This document shows positions 1 to 13,693 of a stretch of DNA of 64,000 nt, piece by piece (within the stretch, counting starts at the first letter, position 1; each line of letters starts with the position of its first letter). The notes beneath the pieces were generated by a model. The model made no database searches and was not told the origin of the DNA. It saw only the letters and a list, made by a program, of their open reading frames with translations. This stretch comes from Octopus vulgaris (lineage: Eukaryota), in the NCBI GenBank assembly GCA_951406725.2, contig OX597828.1, positions 41,292,001 through 41,356,000 of the forward strand. The letters run 5' to 3'. A program made the translations under genes and the position numbers.

Positions 1-360
1 GCTGCACCAGGCTCCAATCTGATCTGGCAAGGTTTCTACAGCTGGATGCTCTTCCTAATGCTAACCACTCCGAGAGTGTAGTGAGTGCTTTTTACATGCC
101 ACTAGCATGGGAGCCAGTCAGGTGGCACTGGCATCGACCATGTTTGGATGGTGCTTTTTACATGTCACTGGCACGGGGAGCCAGCCAGTCAGGCAGCACT
201 GGCATTGACCCACGCATGAATGGTGCTTATTGTGTGCCACCAGGATGGGAGCCAGTCAGGCAACACTGGCATCGACCATATTTGGATGGTGCTTTTTATG
301 TGCCACTGGCACGGGAAGCCAATCAGGTGGCACTGACCTCGGTCACAGCTACCATTTCCA
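1..360 (+). mobile_element. Fragment of an abundant (CAT)n-associated foldback/MITE-like repeat family
   Basis: Shares gatctggca..gtttctacagctggatgc(t/c)cttcctaa(t/c)gccaaccactc and internal ggtgctttttacgtgcc repeats with copies at 2484-2840, 3770-4070 and 5531-5790. Confidence 0.7.
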
Positions 361-394
361 TTTTGATTTCGATATATATATATATATTACTTTA

Positions 395-634
395 TTCTTT
401 TACTCTTTTACTTGTTACATTCATTTGACTGCAGCCATGCTGGAGCACCGCCTTTAGTCAAACAAATCTACTTATTCTTTGTAAGCCAACTACTTATTCT
501 ATCGGTTTCTTTTGCCGAATCACTAAGTTATGAGGACGTAAATACACCAACATTCGTTGTCAAGCGATGGTAGGGGGGGGGGCAAACACAGACACACAAA
601 TGCATACACACACACACACACACACATATATGTA

Positions 635-671
<37 letters not shown>

Positions 672-825
672 GACAGGGTTCTTTCAGTTTCTGTCTACTA
701 AATTCACTCATAAGGCTTTGGTTGGCCCAAGGCCATAGTAGAAGACACTTTCTCAAGGTGTCACACAGTGGGGCTGAACCTAGAACCATGTGGTTGGGAA
801 GCAAGCATCTTACCACACAGCCACA
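395..825 (-). mobile_element. tRNA-derived SINE, family A
   Basis: Reverse complement of the family A consensus (tRNA-like head ggctgtgtggtaag..ggttcagtccc, internal microsatellite, tail ggcggtgctccagcatggccgcagtcaaatgactgaaac). Confidence 0.85.
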
Positions 826-1188
826 CATTTATTTTCTTGTGGTCTCACCACACAATATCTGGCTGAATTTATCAATTGTTCATGTTTGGTGTTTTGGATG
901 ACGACACAAATTCGTCGCCCAAAAATCAACATTTGGACGCATCAAATTTCATTCCAATGTCTTTAGAGAATTGGGTTATGAGATCCAGGTTTTTTTTTTT
1001 TTTCATGTGGTTGATACTTGGTTCATTCACCAATAAAGAAGTGGTGAGAGATATTACTGGACCCATTCCTATAGCTGCTATTCCCTCCCACCTCCTATTC
1101 CATCAGCTGTAAGCATTCTCTGCACTGACCGAATTAAGAATCCTCTACAGCTAACCTCTCTCTAACTCTCCTCTCTATCCATATACAT

Positions 1189-1253
<65 letters not shown>

Positions 1254-1345
1254 TGGAGTAAACACATAAATGTGAAACAAGGTGGATAAAAGAGTACTCA
1301 AATACCAGTGGTAGAGTAATATGCATTATTTTATTCTAGCAAAAA

Positions 1346-1383
1346 CTGTCCGATGAACGGCAATGGGAAACTCAGAGTAACAG
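1346..1383 (+). ncRNA. Minimal type I hammerhead ribozyme motif (variant core)
   Basis: ctgt / CCGATGA / acggcaatgg / GAAA / ctcagag / TA / acag; stem I extends as caaaa..ttttg; lies in a ~170-bp insert between (TA)n tracts. Confidence 0.65.
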
Positions 1384-1415
1384 GTTTTGTTGAATTTTCT
1401 GCTGCTTTAAATAAA

Positions 1416-1469
<54 letters not shown>

Positions 1470-1471
1470 GT

Positions 1472-1638
1472 GGAGGCATGGGTGTGTGGTAAGTAGCTTG
1501 CTTACAAACCACATGGTTCTGGCTTCAGTCCCACTGCATGGTACCTTGAGCAAGTGTCTTCTACTATAGCCTTGGGTTGATCAAAACCTTGTGAGTGGAT
1601 TTGGTAGAAAAAAACTGAAAGAAGCCCATATATATATT

Positions 1639-1681
<43 letters not shown>

Positions 1682-1895
1682 ATATATTTGTTTGTGTGTC
1701 TCTGTTTGTCCCCACCACCATCGTTGATGATTGATATTGGTGTGTTTACAGCCCTTTAGCTTAGCGGTTTGGCAAAAGAGACCGATAGAATAAGTACTAG
1801 GCTTACAAAGAATAAGTCCTGGGATCGATTTGCTCGACTAAAGGCAGTGCTCCAGCATGGCCGCAGTCAAATGACTGAAACGAATAAAAGAATAA
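1472..1895 (+). mobile_element. SINE family A
   Basis: Near full-length match to other family A copies such as 36138-36545. Confidence 0.85.
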
Positions 1896-1945
1896 ATATA
1901 TATATTGTGTGTGTGTGTATATGTGTGAGTATGAGTGTGTTCGTG

Positions 1946-1976
<31 letters not shown>

Positions 1977-2483
1977 ATGAGTGTCTATGCGTGTATGTAT
2001 ATTGTGTGTGTGTGTGTGTGTATGGGTGTGGCAATGATGTAAGAAGTTTGCTTTCTAGCCTCATGGTTCCAGGTTCAGTCTCATTCACTGGCACCATGAA
2101 TGTCTTCAGTTATTGCTCCAGGCTGACCAAACCCTTGTGAATGCATTTGGTAAACAAAAACTGAGAGAGGGCATCATACACACACATGTGTATGTGTATG
2201 CGCATGTGTATATGTGTGTTTGTATGTAAGTACATATATGCATATATGTAAGTATCTTTATATTTTTATTGATTTCAATTGGTCGACTGCAGCCATGCTG
2301 GAGCACCCCCTTGGAGGGATTAGTTGAACAAACTGATACCAGCACTTATCTTACGAATAATAATTATTCTATTAATCTCTTTTTTGCCAAACCACTAAGT
2401 TATGAGGACATAATGAAACCAACACCCTCCCCCACACACATGCATGCGCACACACTCACACACACATACATGCACACACACCG

Positions 2484-2843
2484 AATTGTGGCCGATGCCA
2501 GCCCCTCCTCGACTGGCTTCCGTGTCGGTGGCACGTAAAAAGCACCATCCGAATCGTAGCCGAAGCCAGTGCCGCCTCGACTAGCTTCCATAAAATGCAC
2601 CAATCCGACCGTGACCGTTTGCCAGCCTCGCCTGGCACCAGTGCAGGTGGCACGTAAAAAGCACCCACTACACTCACGGAGTGGTTGGCGCTAGGAAGGG
2701 CATCCAGCTGTAGAAACACTGCCAGATCAGACCGGAGCCTGGTGCAGCCTTCTGGCTTCCCAGACCCCCGGTCGCACCGTCCATCCCATGCTAGCATGGA
2801 GAACGGACGTTAAACGATGATGAGGATGATGATGATGATGATG
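2484..2843 (-). mobile_element. (CAT)n-associated foldback family copy
   Basis: Ends in cccatgctagcatggagaacggacgttaaacg(atg)n, the family terminus. Confidence 0.7.
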
Positions 2844-3584
2844 ACACATGTATACACACACATGCATACACATATACATGCATGCATGCACATGCACACA
2901 TACTCATACATACATGCATGCAAGAGGCTTCCTAGTAATTTCCATCTGTCAGATTCACATTCACTTACAAGGTGTTGATTGATCCTTGGGCTATACAGTA
3001 GAAGACACTTTCCTCCCAGCTGCTGCGCGGTGGGACTGAACCTGAAAGGGTACTGCCGCAAAATGAACTTGTAATCCACATGGCCAAAACATATTGCACA
3101 ATACCTATATATGTTACATGACATGAAAAGAGATAGAGCAGAGTATTAGAATTCATGCACTATAAAATGCATTTACATAAAGGAAAAAGAAAGAAAAAAA
3201 GAAAAGAAAGAAAACACGAAAATAAGTAAATAGATTGTTTCCCTGCTTGAACTTACATTGCATTGTAAGCAGTGTTTTTGTTTTGTTTGATGCTAGCCAA
3301 GCCCTAAGTCATTTCATTGTCAAGTGACTAGTTTGTTTTCATATCATGACTTTACCTGGGAAATGCAGGCAAAACTTTTTCTTGGAAAAGCAATTAAATA
3401 TCTCAATTCATTGGGAATGAAAAGCAGTGAAACATAAAAGCTTTTTTCCTTTTTTATTCAAAGAAATAATAATATTAAATTACAGACATTGCACTATAAT
3501 ACTTTAGTTCTTTCAATTTTGTGAATGCAACACAGCTTTGGCCATACTGCAGTACAGATTTTATATATAAAAGCTGTACTGCAG

Positions 3585-3636
<52 letters not shown>

Positions 3637-3750
3637 ATCATCATCATCGTTTAGCGTCCGTTTTCCATGCTAGCATGGGTTGGATGGACCCCAGTAGAAC
3701 CGTCCAACCCATGCTAGCATGGAAAACGGACGTTAAACGATGATGATGAT
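3637..3750. mobile_element. Minimal foldback element made of two inverted family termini
   Basis: cgtttagcgtccgttttccatgctagcatgggttggatgg ... ccgtccaacccatgctagcatggaaaacggacgttaaacg, flanked by (CAT)n/(ATG)n. Confidence 0.8.
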
Positions 3751-4400
3751 ATCATCATCATCGTTTATCATCATCTTTTAATGTCTGCTTTCCATGCTAA
3801 CATGGGTTGGACGATTTGACTGAGGTATGGCGAACCAGGCTCCAATCTGATCTGGCAGAGTTTCTACAGCTGGATGCTCTTCCTAATGCCAACCACTCTG
3901 AGAGTGTAGTGGGTGCCTTTATGTGCCACCGGCACGAGGGCCAGTTAGGTGGTACTGACAACGGCCACGCTCAAATGGTGCTTTTTATGTGCCACTTGCA
4001 CAGGAGTTAGTCCAGCGGTACTGGCAACGACCTTGCTCGAATGTTTTTTTCATGTGCCCCCAGTAAGGCGACTAATACACTCCCTATTTCTAGGTCAGTT
4101 TAAACACAAACCTTGAATCTGCTACATTCTATATATATTCCCTACTGGAATGACCAACTTTAAGAGAATCTTACATTGCTTATAAACTCTACATCTGGAT
4201 GGACTCATATTAAACTCTGTTGGACTTTTGGGTTTTACTCAAAGGATATTGGAATATTACACATATATACCATTATGCCTATAAAACGGATTTATGAACT
4301 CAATAACCATACATATCTTACATCTATTTTCTTTCCTCCACCTCACTCTCTATTTGTATCACATCGAAACTAACTATGACTTAATTTTTCCTCTCATACC

Positions 4401-4452
4401 GTCTCCAATGAAGGGATATTATTAATTAATGTTCTAGAAACATCTGTAAGAC
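4401..4452 (+). ncRNA. Degenerate type I hammerhead ribozyme relic (PLE pseudo-LTR-like)
   Basis: gtct / ccaatga / agggatatt-attaatt-aatgttcta / GAAA / catctg / TA / agac; the core is mutated. Confidence 0.5.
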
Positions 4453-4825
4453 CTTCTATCTATAAATGCTCTAATATCTATACAGCCTTGGTATATATAC
4501 ATATACATATACATATACATACATATATATGCATATCTATGTGTGTGTCTGTTTGTCCCTGCCATCACCACTTCACAACTGTTGTGGATGTTTTTAACAT
4601 CGCTGTAACTTAGAAGTTCAGCAAAAGAGGCTGACAGAATACGTACCAGGCTTAAAAAATAAGTATTGAATTTGATTTATTCAACTAAAAATTCAACATG
4701 GTGCCCCAGCATGGCTGCAGTCTTATGACTGAAACAGGTAAAAGTTAGAAGAAAAGATAAAAGATAAAGCCTATGTGGTTCATGACTAATTACACTAACA
4801 AACCTCTCAATTTCTCAACTGATGA

Positions 4826-5530
4826 TTGTCACACTTGACAGAAGCTTGTGGGCTTACAGTGTTATGATTCTAAAGAAAAGATTCCGGGCATGGTGTCATC
4901 ACTGTGAACAGAAGCATGTCGACTATGGGGATACTACTGTTGTGGGCCATGCAGTTGTCACACTTGACCGGAGATTGTTGACTATGGTGATATCTGGAAA
5001 GAATCCTGAGAGCCATTGTAACGTGACTTTGAAGAGAAGTTTGTCAGCCATGATGTCACTGTAGTGTTTCTTAACAGGGTTCATATGACCTCTGGGGATT
5101 CATATATGATTTTTGAGGTTCACAAAAGCAAAATAGTAGATTGGGGATCCACAGCAGTATTTTTAGGGCCCATGCAAAAATTTTGCTTTAGATATGTTTA
5201 TTACAAGAAAGAACTAAGTGTCTTTCTCAAATGCTTAGCATAGTTTAATGTGTTTCTGGCCACTGAAACAAGTTTTCTCAGGGAAAGTGAATGTATGAAA
5301 AACAAAATAGGAATTTTGAAAGAAGCATCTGTAAAACTAGTTTTTAAACATCGAATGGCTATGAGGGCCCACTAAAATAAAATTGTAATCAAAGGGGCTC
5401 ATAGATAGACAGAGTTTGTAAACCACAGCTCTAGATGATAATGTTGTCACTCTGGACAGAACCTTTTGGACGATGGAGATGTAACACTAGATAGAAGTTT
5501 GTCAGTTCTGGTACTTTCAACCTAGACAGC
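4826..5530 (+). repeat. Degenerate ~35-bp minisatellite interrupted by a hAT-like MITE (~5062-5428)
   Basis: gtcacacttgacagaag-like motif at 4828, 4898, 4957, 5023, 5446 and 5481, several at 35-bp spacing. Confidence 0.5.
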
Positions 5531-6220
5531 ATCATCATCATCATCATCATCATCGTTTAGCGTCTGTTTTCCATGCTAGCATGGGTTGGACGGTTCAACT
5601 GGGGTCTGTGAAGCCGGAAGGCTTCATCAGGCCCAGTCAGATCTGGCAGTGTTTCTACAGCTGGATGCCCTTCCTAACGCCAACCACTCCGTGAGTTTCA
5701 GTGGGTGCTTTTTACGTGCCACCCACACAGGTGCCAGACAGAGCTGGCAAACGACCACGAACGGATGGTGCTTTTTAAGTGCCAACGGCATGTATAATTA
5801 AATATGACTTTTTTGTAATATAGAATTTGGGAATTGTTGCTGGATGTCTTTGAGAAATATTATGTTTTAGCTAGCAGGACCCGTGAATATTTCATGGAAT
5901 TAACGGTAAGCTTATTGGGTTATTTCTGAAAATAATTTTGGTTATATCCAAAAATTCTGAAAGTGTAGCCTGCATTGTATCTGTATGGAAAGATAGTCAC
6001 TCAGCTGGTAATCTTTAAAAAGTGAAGGAAATTGGAATACAATGATTTGTTAATGCACTTTATATATACACTTTATATTCTTTATATATACTTTATATAT
6101 ACACTCTCTTTACTCTTTTTTACTTGTTTCAGTCATTTGACTGCGGCCATGCTGGAGCACCGCCTTTTGGACACTATATACATTTTATATACTTTATGCG
6201 CATTTTAATAGACTTATCAT

Positions 6221-6445
6221 TTATTGCCCACAAGGGGCTAAACATAGAGGGGACAAACAAGGACAGACAAAGGTATTAAGTCGATTATATCGACCCCAGT
6301 GCAGAATTGGTATTTAATTTATTGACCCCCGAAAGGATGAAAAGCAAAGTCGACCTCAGCGGAATTTGAACTCAGAACGTAACGGCAGATGAAATACCGC
6401 TAAGCATTTCGCGCGATGTGCTAATGTTTCTTTTAGCTTGCCACC
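6221..6445 (-). mobile_element. SINE family C
   Basis: Matches 62229-62868: head aaggcggcgagctggcag, central gcctttcatcctttcggggtcgataaa..agtacc (MetaSINE-like domain, from memory), tail ccccttgtgggcaataaa. Confidence 0.8.
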
Positions 6446-7937
6446 TTCAATCTATGAGTCCCTTTGATTATTGTTTTATTTTAGTGGGCCCTTATATTAG
6501 ATGTTTAAAAACTAGTTTTACAGATATTTCTTTCAAAATTCCTATTTTGGTTTTCACACATTTTATAGACTTAATACACAACACTCTCCCTCTTTCTCTC
6601 TCTCTTCACCTTAACCTCTTTTTCTCTCTCTCCTTTCTCCTTTACTCTTCACCTTTCCCTTCAACTAATTACGTGAAAGCATTGCAGATGGGCTAAGTAA
6701 TGGAGGAAAAAAAAAACTTAATTAAAAAAATTTTTAATTACTCATTTCACTCACCACTACCTTCTTTCCCTTCCCCTCCCCTCTCCTTCAACGAGTCACG
6801 TGGAAGCATTTTAGACTGGCTAAATAATTGAGAACCTGTAGAATTATTATAAGATGTTTAGTCATAGGGAAATGCTGCACGAGGCCTCTGAGACTGGCAG
6901 AACGAAGGAAGGTAGGAAAGTATCCTCAAAGCAGAAACCTTGTCTAAAAGTCAGCAACACAGAATTTCTGTTAAAGACATCCAAGCTGCCAAATTCTGGT
7001 ATTAAACTAGGGCAATAGATTACCTTCATCTTGCAAGTAAACCAGTGCAGGATTGGGATTCAGAATACAAAGTGTCAGGAACAAATACTACAAGACACTC
7101 TTTCTAATGGTTCTGCTTGCTCACCATTCTAGAGAGGCACTTTATTGATACCAGAAGAATGAAAGGCAAAGTTGATTCTTGTAGGATTTGAACACCGAAC
7201 TCAAGAAGCCGAAATGTATTTTGGCCAATGCTCTAACAACTCTGTGAATTCACCACCTGGTTTGTTTGTTTCATTAGCTTCTGGTCAGCTCCGATTGAGT
7301 AGACCTATTATTAAAGGGGTTCTAACCATGACTGTCCTGTATATATTTTTTCTATATCCAGGACTGTATTGTTAAATGTGTGGTGTTTTTATTTTTTAAA
7401 GACATGTGTGTGACATGAGGGAGACTGGGCTACTATTTCATTCAGGCCAGTTGTCCATGTAGATGCTCTTTCATGGAACTCTTTAAATAAGACCAGTACC
7501 TTTGGTAACTTATCCAAGTGAAACTTCTATGCTAAATTTGTGTGCTAATGAAAATTGGGCTGACATAATTTACTTGTCCCTATACCTGATGGGAATGGTA
7601 TTCCATTGGTTACGATGACAAGGGTCCCAGCTGATTTGATTAAAGGAAAAGCCTGCTTGTGAAATTAATGTACAAATGACTGAGTACACCACAGACAAGG
7701 ATACCCTTAATTTAGTTCTCAGGGAGCTTCAACATGACACAGAATGTGACCAGGCTGCCCTTTGAATTACAGGTATAACTCATTTTTACCAGCTGAGAGA
7801 ACAGGAGCAATATGAAATAAAGAGTCTTGCTCAAGGAGACAACTCCCCACCAGATATTGAACTTACAACCTTACAACTATGAGCGGAATACCCTAACCAC
7901 TTAGCCATGTGTCTCCATGGGGATGTGCTAAGCTTAA

Positions 7938-9045
7938 TCCTTTAGCATTTAAACTGGCCAAAACAAGACACAGAAGCCTGGTGTAATCTTGTACTTGGTT
8001 GGCTCCTGTCAAACCATCCAACCCATTCCAGCATGGAAGGTGGGTGTTAAACGATGATGATGATTTTTGGCCCAAATATTCTTTTCTACTCTAGGCACAA
8101 AGCCCAAACTTTTTGGGGAGGGTGCCAGTTGATTACATCGACCCCAGTATGCAACTGGTACTTAATTTATTGACCCCCGAAAGTATGAAAAGCAAAGTTG
8201 ACCTTGGTGGAATTTGAACTCAGAATGTAAAGACAGATGAAATACAGCTAAGCATTTTGCCCAGTGTGCTAACATTTCTGCCAGCTTACTGCCTTAAGTA
8301 TTGTTTTCTACTCTAGGCACAAAGCCTGAAATTTTGTGGGAGGAGGCCAGTCTATTAGACTGACCCCAGTATGCAACTGGTACTTAATTTATTGACTCTG
8401 AAAGAATGAAAGGCAAAGTCAATCTTGGCGGAATTTGAACTCAGATCATTAAGACAAACAAAATACCTAGTAAGCATTTTGCCCGGCATGCTAACGTTTC
8501 TGCTAGCTTGCTGCCTTGATATCTGGCCCAAATATTCTTCTTATTTTATGTTCAGACTGGCCAGATCCAGCATTTCACACCTATCCTGCTATGTCATTCT
8601 AAAAATAAACAATCACATCTTCGAAAGCTTGCTTACCAACCACATGGTTTCGGGCTCTGTCCCACTGCGTGGCACCTTGGGCAAATGTCTTCTACTATAG
8701 CCTTGGGCCAACCAAAGCCTTGTAAGTGGATATGGTAGACAGAAACTGAAAGAAGCCCATCGTATATATGTATATGTATATATACGTGTGTGTTTGTGTG
8801 TCTGTGTTTGTGCCACTAACATCGCTTGACAACCGATACTAGTGTGTTTACGTCCATGTTACTTAGTGGTTCGGCAAAAGAGACTGATAGAATAAGTACT
8901 AGGCTTACAAAGAATAAGTCCTGGGGTTGATTTGCTCGACTAAAGGCCATGCTCCAGCATGGCCGTAGTCAAATGACTGAAACAATTAAAAGAGTAAAGA
9001 GTAAATGAGTATTACACTTGACAAAGTAATCCAAATACTAAAGGG
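7938..9045. mobile_element. piggyBac-like MITE with nested SINE C (two copies), SINE A and foldback fragments
   Basis: TTAA-tcctttagcattt ... aaatactaaaggg-TTAA terminal inverted repeats with TTAA on both flanks. Confidence 0.55.
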
Positions 9046-11000
9046 TTAACTGCATTCTACAACTGTTTTCCTTTTGTATTCTTCCTTTCTTATGGAACCA
9101 TTAATAACTGTGCTACTTTTGGCTGACTTACCAAACTCTATTTCAGGAAGATCATTTGAGGTACTAACTATTTCAGCTGAAACAGTCCAAACATTTATGT
9201 TTCACACCAGGTTGATAATAACACATTTTTAACTCAACTCTTGAATTTTTCTTCTGCTAAATTCTTCCACTGTTCTGGAACATTCATGGCTATTTCTCTT
9301 TACTTCTTTTCTATTTATTCTTTTATTCTTTTACTTGTTTCAGTCATTTGACTGAAACAAGTAAAATCAGCTGATGAAACAAACAAAACATACTGGAAGA
9401 AATCGCCCCCAGGACTTATTCTTTGTGAGCCTAGTACTTATTTTATCATTCTCTTTTGCTGAATCGCTTAGTTACGAGGACATAAACACACCAGCATCGG
9501 TTGTCAAGCAATGGCATGGGGACGAACACAAATGCACACACACAAATATATATATATATGTACACACACACACACACACACTCCACTCGCAAGGCTTTGG
9601 TCAGCCTGAGGCTAAAGTAAAAGACACTTGCCCAAGTTGCCATGCAGTGGGACTGAACTCGGAACCACATGGTTGGGAAGCAAGCTTCTTACCACACAGC
9701 CTCGCCAGTTGATTTTTTTTTTTAAATAATGTAAATATCAAAACAAAATCATTATTTTAAGGCATTTTAAGGTGGTGTGCTAGAGGAATTGTTAGTATGC
9801 TGAACAAAATGTTTAATTACATTTCATCTGTCTTTACGTTCTGAGTTCAAATTCCACCGAGGTAACTTTGCCTTTCATCCTTTCAGGATCAATAAAGTAG
9901 GTATCAGTCAAGTACTGGGGTCAATAAAATTGACTAACCCCAACCCACCTCCAGTTTCAGGCCTTGAGCCTATAGTAGAAAGGATTATTATTATTTTAAG
10001 GCTTTATTATTATTTTAAGGCTTGTTCACTCTGGTGGTGAGCTTGCAGAATTGTTAGCGTATTGGACAAAACATGAAGCAGCATTTTTTCTGAGTTCAAA
10101 TTCCGCCAATTCCATCATCTTTGGCTTTCATCTTTTCAGAGTCGATAAAACAAGCACCTGTTGAGCACTGGAGTTAATGTAACCAACAAACCCATCACAC
10201 CACAAAATTTCACACCTTATTTTTATAGTAGACAGGATTATTGTAAAACATTTATCAAAATAATCCTTTCTACTGTAGGCACAAGGCCTTTAAATTTGAC
10301 TGTGGCCATGCTGGAGCACCACCTTTAGTTGAGCAAATCGACCCCAGAAACTTATTCTTTGAAAGCCTAGTACTTATTCTACCGGTCTCTTTTGCCGAAC
10401 CGCTAAGTTATGAGGATGTAAGTACACCAGCATCGGTTGTCAAGCAATGTTGGGGGGACAAACACAGACACACATACATATATATATATACATATATACG
10501 ATTTTTGTTTTGTTTTTATGGTGGTGGGGAGATTTATATATATTTATATATATATGAACGAGAAAAATAAAGGATGAAGGCTTGGTTGGGAAGCAAACGT
10601 CTTACCACACAGCTGCTCCTAAATTTTAACAACTGAACCTTATACAGAACCCCATGGGTCAGGATCATATGGACCCCAGTTGAGATCCACTTGGATTAAG
10701 CTTAATAAATGTTTTAAGTTGAAGACACAGATTAAGCAGAATGGTTACTACAATGGTTGGTGAAAGAGAAGGTCATGAACGGAGTGGAAAAAAAGAATCA
10801 AGAAAGAATTAATATTGTGAAGGATTATTGGATTTTAGTTGTTATAAGATCAAATTGGAAACAAAAGCTTGGATTAGTTAAGGGATTGCTCTTGTGAATG
10901 GATTGACTTTCACAATGTATTTTTTTTTTCATACTAGAAAAAGGTTAAAGTGTCATATGGAATTTATGGGAAGAAAATATCTAATCTTCTGAATAAATAT

Positions 11001-11508
<508 letters not shown>

Positions 11509-12649
11509 TATGTGCATATGTATTTCTAAAATATTTGTGAGCATATATGTGGGTGTGCAGGCGAGTGGCTTAGTGGTTAGGGTGTCAGCACCATGATTGT
11601 AAGATTGTGGTTTCGATTCATGGACCAGGCGACGCGTTGTGTTCTTGAGCAAAACACTTCATTTCACGTTGCTCCAGTCCACTCAGCTGGCAAAAATGAG
11701 TAACACTGCAATGGACTGGCGTCCCATCCAGCTGGGGAACACATATGCCATAGAAACCGGGAAACTGGGCCCGAGAGCCTGGCTAGGCTTTAAAAGGGCG
11801 CATTTATCATTATTATTATATATGTGGGTAGTGGAGGCACATGGCCTAGTGGTTAGAGCAGTGGACTCGTGGTCGAGGATCGCGGGTTCGGATCTCAGAC
11901 CCACTGAGGCTATGGTGAAGCACTGCCTTGAAGGGATTTTAGTTGAATAATCAACCCCGGTACTTATTTCTTTTTAAAGCCTGGTACTTATTCTATAAAT
12001 CTCTTTTTGCCAAACTGCTAAGTTATGAGGACGTAAATGTACCAACAGACACATCAGTGTACATGCATAGATACATACACAGACACGATGGGATTCTCTC
12101 AGTTTTCTTCTACCAAATCCACTCATAAGGCTTTGATCAGCCTGTGGCTGCAGTAGAAGACACTTGCCCAAGGCGCCACGTAGTGGGACTGAACCCAGAA
12201 CCATGTGGTTGGAAAGCAAGCTTCTTACCACACAGCCATGCTTTGTGTCTTTGCGTCTGTTTGTCATCCCCACCACATTGCTTCTTGGCAACCGGTGCTG
12301 GTTTGTTTACGTCCTTGTAACTTCGTAGTTCGACTGATTGAATACGTACCAGTCTTTTAAAAATAAGAGTACTGAGGTTGATTCATTCGACTAAAAATTC
12401 TTCAAGGTGATGTCCCAGTATGGCAGCATTCTAATAACTGAAACAAGTAAAAGATAAAAATATATATCTGTAGAGGGAAAGAGCTACTGAAGAGTACCCC
12501 ACCTGGTTGAGTGCGCATCCCAGATAAGTACGTGCAAAATCTTTAAGAATCCTGGGTTCAAATTTATTAATGATTTATTCTCTGGCAACACTTCCCCATT
12601 CTTTTGCTTGACATCATGGAGAAAACAGAGGAAAGATGACAAATATAAT

Positions 12650-13076
12650 CAGGGCTGGATTAAGACCCATTTAAGCCCTAGGCACTTAAATGGTTTTGGT
12701 GCTCCCATAAAAGATTATGTAATTCAAAATATAAACAATAACAAACCATAAAATTCATTTTTATTTTTCAAAATGAAACAAAACAGTAGTGGGGAAAATA
12801 ATGTTTACTTTTGTATACTTCCACTTTACTTATGATTGAAAAGTTTCCTCCGAATTTTTGGAATTGCAAAATCTTTGATCAGATCCTCAAAATTAATTTT
12901 AGGTAACACATTTGCATCTATACTTAGTAGAGATAAAGCCATCCTGAATATTATTTTAGCAAATTTAAAGTGATTTTTTTTTGTGCCGTAAGCCTTTTAC
13001 CATTTTTGTGGTGCCCCCTCCTTCCCTTGATGCTCAAAGCACGGGCTTATTTTGCTTAATGGTTAATCCAGCGCTG
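12650..13076 (-). mobile_element. Non-autonomous hAT element
   Basis: TIRs cagggctggattaa / ttaatccagcgctg; 8-bp TSD aatataat/aatatgat; internal minus-strand peptide LSLLSIDANVLPKINFEDLIKDFA resembles the hAT C-terminal dimerisation region. Confidence 0.8.
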
Positions 13077-13361
13077 AATATGATCTAAAACCATGTGCAT
13101 ATCGGAGCCTTGCCATGATTGGCCGCACGTATACATTTGCGCAAATGCTTTGCTACCACTGTTTCTATGTACGCATCTACTGGCTAAGTACACACCAGCA
13201 GTTCGGTTCAAGTTGTGTACTAAAGAGGGAGATTGCTATATTTTACTGATATAGAAGACGCACTCTTACACCTATTTGTGGAAAATAAACAAACAAGTCT
13301 AACATGTTTTATCACACACTTAAATACTTGGCATCTCATCAGAAATACAGTCACTTTAGAC

Positions 13362-13693
13362 CCGGGCTGGCCAACCTGAGTTCCGCAGGCCGCAAGCAGC
13401 CCGCAGACTTTTCTCTTGTGACCTGCTTGATACTTTCTTTAAGTATTGTGTTTAATTTCACAATAAAATTGTTTGTGTAAAACATTTGTTTCAAAATAAG
13501 TTTCAAATTTAGAAGTGGTAGTAATAGTGGCAATCGCCTACGATTTTATAATTCTAAACAAACGAAAAGTATGAAAAATTCTTGATTTTGTAATTTGGTT
13601 ATTTGACTGTTAATGCATAAAGTATACAAAGGCCCTCAAAAAACATTCTGTGATTAAAGTGGCCCGCAATGTAATTCGAGTTGGCCTGACTTG
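13362..13693. mobile_element. hAT/Charlie-like MITE
   Basis: Imperfect TIRs (ggccaac/gttggcc), subterminal ggcccgc motifs, 8-bp TSD ctttagac/cattagac. Confidence 0.6.
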
